DNA of 64,000 nucleotides from a virus: IMG/VR virus record IMGVR_UViG_3300032397_000010, positions 6,131 to 70,130 of that record; one strand, 5' to 3'. Shown piece by piece: positions 59,029 to 64,000 of this stretch (position 1 is its first letter; each line of letters starts with the position of its first letter). The notes under the pieces were generated by a model. It saw only the letters and a program-made list of their open reading frames with translations, ran no database searches and was not told where the DNA came from. The position numbers and the translations under genes were made by a program.

Positions 59029-60104
59029 CGTCGGTAATCCTTCTTGAACTTCTCGACGATCTTCGCGCTCGGTAGATCCCTCGCGTCTTCCACGATGCTC
59101 TGCACGTAGATGCTCAGCGCCTCCGTGGTCTTGTGCCCCGTCTCCGGCTTGATGTCGAAGATGCCGATCCCAGCCTTCACGGCTGACGTGATGAATCCAG
59201 ATCGCAACGAGTGCCCGGCGAACAACCTGGGATCGAGACCGAGTCGCGTGACACCCTGCTTCACGATGTCTGCTACCTCGGTAGAGTCCATCCGGTCGTC
59301 GAGGTAGGAGTCGTTTGCGATCTTCCGGTACAACGGCCCGCTGACGAGACCGTGCCGCTTCAGGTCGGCGAGCAGCGCGTCGATGGCCGCCGCTGGACAT
59401 GTCTCGTTGCCGTTCCTCGGGATCCTCTTCAAGGATCCCTTTCTTTCCTGGTCCGTCTTCGACCTATCCAGCATCACGTAGGTGACGTCCGGCGTGACGC
59501 TGACGTCTTCGATGTTCGTTCCGACGATCTCGGACCGCCTGCGCCCGCCGCTGTGAAAGCCGTGGCTGAGAACAGCAACGTCTCGCGTGCGACGGAAATC
59601 GTCCGGGATCGTGAGGATCACCCTCTCCAGCAGATCGATGGTGAGCGCCTGCTTGCTCATCTGTCTGAGTTCTGGCGACATCCCGCGAGCGATGGCCTTC
59701 ATCGTGATGCTGACTCGGGGGTCGAGACGCGGTGACGGAAAGCTGTTCTCGATGTGCCTCGTCGAGATTGTGGACAGGTGACGTTTGATCGTGGCGAGCT
59801 TCCTCGGGAACAGCTTCCCGTCCTTGTCGGCGATCCTGCCCTTGAACAGCGCCGTCAGGTACGCCACCACGACTTCCGGCAACGCTGGCAGCGTCTGAGC
59901 GGATCGCTCGGCGCAGAACTTCTCGAACATCCTCCAGTCGCTCGCGAGAGCGAGGTCGGTGTTGTCCGCACGCGCGTGCTCGAGAGTGCTCCCGACGTCC
60001 TCGACGTCCTGCTCGGTGAACTGGGGCCGGTCGGTCGCGCTGCCGGGCTGGATCGTCGCCGGGGGTGGGGGTGGAACTCGGACGAGGTCGCGCTTCGGCT
60101 TCAT
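59025..60104 (-). CDS. Tyrosine recombinase/integrase (Cre-like)
   Basis: RRSEI, RSKTDQ, GHSLRSGF, TGHK and catalytic Tyr (SIY); SAM-like N-domain. Confidence 0.92.
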   Translation of the reverse strand: MKPKRDLVRVPPPPPATIQPGSATDRPQFTEQDVEDVGSTLEHARADNTDLALASDWRMFEKFCAERSAQTLPALPEVVVAYLTALFKGRIADKDGKLFPRKLATIKRHLSTISTRHIENSFPSPRLDPRVSITMKAIARGMSPELRQMSKQALTIDLLERVILTIPDDFRRTRDVAVLSHGFHSGGRRRSEIVGTNIEDVSVTPDVTYVMLDRSKTDQERKGSLKRIPRNGNETCPAAAIDALLADLKRHGLVSGPLYRKIANDSYLDDRMDSTEVADIVKQGVTRLGLDPRLFAGHSLRSGFITSAVKAGIGIFDIKPETGHKTTEALSIYVQSIVEDARDLPSAKIVEKFKKDYRR

Positions 60105-60111
60105 GCCAGCA

Positions 60112-60178
60112 CGATAATTCCTATTATCGAGCGCGACAACAACGAGTACTTGACGTGACGTGACCGTCACGTCACACT
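60112..60178. promoter_or_regulatory. Divergent promoters with two palindromic operators
   Basis: CGATAAT-TCCT-ATTATCG over the integrase -10; GTGACGTGAC-C-GTCACGTCAC inside TTGACG-17-CACACT. Confidence 0.7.
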
Positions 60179-60187
60179 CGCTTCACC

Positions 60188-61047
60188 ATGAACAACACGA
60201 ACGACCACGACCGCAGCACGATTGACAAGCTGAAGTTCATCCCGCCCGGCGACGTGTCTGGCGGCGTCGTGCCGGTCGAAGCCAACGAGCCTGATCCTCG
60301 CGCCGTCGGGATGATCTACATCCAGGCGGGGGTCGCGACGTGGGAGCAGGTTCTCGAGATTGCGAAGAGCGCCCCGGACAAGCGCGGGTTGATCGCTATG
60401 CGGTTGACGCGGTCAGAAGTGGAAGCCGCAGTAGCTTCGCTACAAGGGCTACTGGCGCGACGCGAAGACACCTGCTGCACCCGAGGGACGTGGGATGGGC
60501 TGGAGTGGACGAGCGAGTGCCACGACTGGCACATCGAGATCGAGACCGATGGCCCCGCCGGGCTCGTGATCTCGATCTACGGCGACCTGTGGGAGTTCCG
60601 GGACGAGTTATACGGCACCGAAGACGAGGCCAAGGCATACGCGCTCGACGTGCTGCACGGCGTCTCGGACGAAGACCGAGGCATCGCGTCGGCGGTGGCG
60701 AGGGCGAAGGCTGCGGACTCCGCGCGCCGACAGAAGGTGGCGCGATGAGCCTCTGGAGCGGATGGCTCGTCTGCGCCGAATGCTCATCGCTCGGGCTCGA
60801 CAAGAGCGTGGGCAACGGCAACCCGCCGACGCAGGGAGTGTGTTCGTCGTGCGGTCAGCCGTGGCCGCGCAAGCCGTGGTGCAACTGGAAGGGACCGCCT
60901 CGCTGCATGCGGGACGCAACTCGGATCATCGACGGGCGCTACTACGCCTGTGATGAACATGCCAAGGGATCGGGCGTGCCGATTGCGGCCGGGAATCAGA
61001 TTTCTGGCGAGATCGAGGATCTCACCACGCACCTGCGGAATCGGTGA
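60188..61047 (+). CDS. Two hypothetical genes (60188-60748; 60745-61047 Cys-rich)
   Basis: Coupled ORFs. Confidence 0.55.
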
Positions 61048-61544
61048 GCCTGATGCCTGTAGCGTGTTCCAAGCACCCGCAGTCCAAGGTTTGGGAGTCG
61101 TCGAGCGGGCCGCGCTGCTACATCTGCGGCGACGTGCTGGTGCCCAAGATCGCCGTGACAGCGCGCGAGCCGATGCGCGTGCATCACCTCGACACGTTCC
61201 AGCGACTCTCGCAGCGCACGAGCGTGGCGTGGCAGAACGGGCTCGTGCTCACGCCAGAGCAGGCGCACCTGCTCCATGCTGCGATGGGCCTCGCGGGCGA
61301 GTCTTGCGAGTTCGTGGAGCACATCAAGAAGCACCTGTTCCAGGGACACCCGCTCGACAAGGCAAAGCTGCGCGAGGAGTGCGGCGACATCATGTGGTAC
61401 GTCGCCGACGCGGCGAAGGCACTCGATGCGCTGCTGTCCGACGTGGCGAGCGAGAACGAGGCGAAGCTCCAGAAGCGATACCCGGATGGATTCAGTACCG
61501 AGGCGTCCGTCGCGCGTGTCGATACGAAGGACACGTCGCCATGA
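61044..61544 (+). CDS. MazG-like nucleotide pyrophosphohydrolase
   Basis: GLAGESCE..EHIKKHLFQGH..EECGDIMWYVA..N..KLQKRYPDGF. Confidence 0.9.
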   Translation: MSLMPVACSKHPQSKVWESSSGPRCYICGDVLVPKIAVTAREPMRVHHLDTFQRLSQRTSVAWQNGLVLTPEQAHLLHAAMGLAGESCEFVEHIKKHLFQGHPLDKAKLREECGDIMWYVADAAKALDALLSDVASENEAKLQKRYPDGFSTEASVARVDTKDTSP

Positions 61545-61834
61545 GATCGCTGCGACATCCAATCGACCCTGGGCAGCGAGTGAAGTACCCGCGCAAGGAC
61601 GTGCCGCCACAGCCTGAGTTCGACACAGTGAACAAGGCCCGCCACTACAACGTCCATCCATCCGGCGTGGAGTGCATCGTCGTGGTCGAGCACATGAACT
61701 TCTGCTGCGGCAACGCCGTGAAGTACATCTGGCGTGCAGACGAGAAGGGCAACGCGACAGAAGACCTTCGCAAGGCCCGCTACTACATCGACCGGGAGAT
61801 CGCGCGACGCGAGCGCATGAAGGAACCACGCTGA
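61541..61834 (+). CDS. DUF3310 phage protein
   Basis: VN...HY..GVECI..FCCGNAVKYIWRA..K..EDLRKARYYI. Confidence 0.88.
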   Translation: MRSLRHPIDPGQRVKYPRKDVPPQPEFDTVNKARHYNVHPSGVECIVVVEHMNFCCGNAVKYIWRADEKGNATEDLRKARYYIDREIARRERMKEPR

Positions 61835-62172
61835 TGTGCTTCGACGCGGATCCACCAGAGGCGTTCTCGCAGTGCGTGCGCAAGGCGCGCAAAGATCATC
61901 TCTGCTGCGAGTGCCGCGTCATCATCGCGTCGGGGAATCGGTATGAGTACGTGAGCGGTATCTGGGACGGCTGCGCGAGTTCGTACAAGACGTGCCTCGG
62001 GTGCGTCTCGCTGCGCGACGCGGTAGTCGAACACGAGCGTGCGGGTGGATGCTGCGGCATCGAGGCGTACCCTCCGCTCGGTGACCTGTACGCATCTGCC
62101 CATGAAATAGAGATCGTCTGCTACGTGCCGTGGCGAGATCAGTACGTCGAGAATCACGAGGGACGAGCATGA
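61834..62172 (+). CDS. Zn-finger phage protein, copy 2 (duplicate of 16213)
   Basis: Near-identical protein and DNA sequence. Confidence 0.8.
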   Translation: MCFDADPPEAFSQCVRKARKDHLCCECRVIIASGNRYEYVSGIWDGCASSYKTCLGCVSLRDAVVEHERAGGCCGIEAYPPLGDLYASAHEIEIVCYVPWRDQYVENHEGRA

Positions 62173-63535
62173 GCAAGGATCCAATTCACACGAGGGCGTG
62201 CGAGGTCATTGGGTTTCAGGAAGACGGCATGACGGAGGCGTGGCGTTGCGTACCGGACTGCCCGGTCAACGGACAGGTGATGACCAAGGACCAAGCCGCC
62301 ACCCTGACGCTCAGGATCACAGACCTCATCAAGGCCATGATCTTCGACGCGAAGCGAGAGAACCTCTACAGCGCGAGGGCTGTCGGCGAGGCAGCAGACG
62401 CGCTCGAAGCTGCGTTGGTAGCACTGACCACGGAGAAGAACGATGCCGACCGCGATCTGTAGCCGCCCCAGGTGTCGCCGGCTGAACATCTGGCCCGCCG
62501 GCTCACGTCACGATGACCCCGCGCCGCTCGGTGCCCGCTCACGCTCGTGGTGTTGCTGGTACTGCAACAGCAGGCTCAGGAAGCGCCGCAAGGAGGACGT
62601 TCCTCACGGTGCCATCCCTCGTTCGGCCCGGTCGCGCCAGTTGTCGTTCGCGTTCGCTGCCGTCGCGGCCATGCTCCTGGGCGTGCTCGGGTGCGCCCCG
62701 GCACCAGACCCCGCGCTCCTGCCGGCTGGTAGAAGCTGGCAGTGCTGCAACGACACGGGAGACACCATGTGCTTCCGAGAGTGCGTCGCCTGCTCCTCGG
62801 GATGCGTGCCCATGATCGAGTCGTGGTGTTGGACAGACGGCTACTTCGGGTACGGATGCTACCGGTCCTACGACCTGTGCGAGCAGAGCAAGCTGAACGT
62901 CGTGGGAGCAGAACGCTTCAGCCAGTGCGCTCAAGAACCGTGATGGATACCTTCAAGGAGATGGCTAATGGGAACATTCAAGAACGATAAGATCGAGGCC
63001 GAATCAAGCCCCACGAACATGATCCGAGAGATCCGCGACCGTGGGCGCACCACAAGCTGGGAAGATGATTTTCTCGAATCAATCGAAAGCACGCTGGGGC
63101 GAGGCGGATCCATGACCGACGTTCAAGCGCAGAAGCTCGAAGAGATCATGGAGCAGACGCTCGACAGGGAGTATCGCGCCCACGTCGCCTCGAAGGACGA
63201 CTGATGCTCATCGTGTTCCAGTGCGAGCCCGACGAACTGTTCGGCATGGTTGTGCTCGACGAGAGCCAGTACCGCCCGCACGACGACTCGGACGACTGCG
63301 AGCACTGCGGCGAGCCGACAGGTCGTGCCGAGGATCCCTACGTGCAGAACTGCGCATTCTGCGGAAACCAGATGTACCGATGATGTGCCGCAACGGCTGC
63401 GATGCCCAGGTGTTCGAGGACGACCTGTGCGAGAACTGCGTCATCGAGGATCTGGTCGAGTACTGCGTGAACTACCGACGCGAGAACGACCCAGACCCTC
63501 CCGTGCTCGTGCTCGTCAACGACCTACCAACCTGA
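62169..63535 (+). CDS. Small hypothetical genes (62169-62462; 62443-62943 with Cys-rich lipoprotein-like C-half; 62968-63204; ~63378-63535)
   Basis: Coupled ORFs. Confidence 0.5.
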
Positions 63536-64000
63536 TGCCCACAGTCTCTGGGGGTACGTTCGCGGCGTGCCGTCATGTGACTCGGGGACGAGTTTGAAGA
63601 TCGCGCGGCGCGAATAGTCAATCGGCGTGTTCGTATCATCGCTGAACATGAACTCATCGCTGATGCCGGCGGATGAGAACGCTCTCTGGACAACAAGCGC
63701 AAGCTCGCGTGACTTCACATCCGTGCCGCCTACGTTTGTGTACAGATTCGCGAAGCGAAGCGATCCGTTCGAGGAGAACCCGCGCACGTTGCTGGTGATC
63801 CAGTCCGAGAACGTGGACTGGTTGCCGTAGAGGCTGTCGAGCAGCGCGACGGAGCGCAACGCAGCGGGACGCTGACGGATGATCGAGGCGATGGTTTGAT
63901 ACCCGCCAGAATGGCTCATAAGGCCGAGGTGATCCACATCGGCAATCGTCAGCGATCTGCCGACAACCGGCGCGATACGAGCAAGCACTTCGTCAAGGAA
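63524..64000 (-). CDS. Alpha/beta hydrolase, copy 2 (inverted paralog of 57642); 5' end beyond the window
   Basis: HLGLMSHSGGYQTIASIIRQRPAALRSVALLDSLYGNQ is identical to copy 1. Confidence 0.85.
   Translation of the reverse strand, partial: FLDEVLARIAPVVGRSLTIADVDHLGLMSHSGGYQTIASIIRQRPAALRSVALLDSLYGNQSTFSDWITSNVRGFSSNGSLRFANLYTNVGGTDVKSRELALVVQRAFSSAGISDEFMFSDDTNTPIDYSRRAIFKLVPESHDGTPRTYPQRLWASGW

Noticed and set aside
62630-62670. Minus-strand ...ANANDN resembling a second tmRNA tag
   Set aside because: No tRNA-like ends nearby; it is antisense to a plausible CDS and likely coincidental.

Overview
The window is a GC-rich, gene-dense segment of a large bacteriophage or prophage-like element with no block of host housekeeping genes. 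The host may be a myxobacterium, a weak inference from composition and the tmRNA tag. Layout: (1) 1-8.6 kb, minus strand: replication genes (Prim-Pol/D5 primase-helicase cut by the window edge, VRR-NUC nuclease, YspA/SLOG, SF2 helicase, HTH regulator). (2) 8.7-25.3 kb, plus strand: recombination and early genes (PD-(D/E)XK exonuclease, Sak4-like ATPase, SSB-like protein, DnaQ exonuclease, UvrD helicase, many small ORFs). (3) 26.8-43.2 kb: Gly/Thr-rich fibre/spike-like proteins and a GT2-TPR glycosyltransferase. (4) 43.2-58.5 kb: membrane-anchored hydrolases, a cysteine desulfurase, a Gp88-like protein, a split phosphorothioation-associated methyltransferase-like pair, an ART-GNAT fusion and a complete tmRNA. 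(5) 58.5-64 kb: Cre-like recombinase, HNH, MazG-like and DUF3310 genes between inverted copies of a hydrolase gene. No capsid, portal or terminase gene was recognised. The most unusual signals are an R-x-N-P motif occurring 11 times in 7 proteins, mostly at domain boundaries (candidate cleavage or packaging code), a ~55-aa N-terminal module shared by six proteins, a set of tail-anchored enzymes, three recurring promoter/operator patterns, a structured ~110-nt RNA, and the inverted duplication around the recombinase. All family calls come from recognising motifs by eye; no database searches were run.
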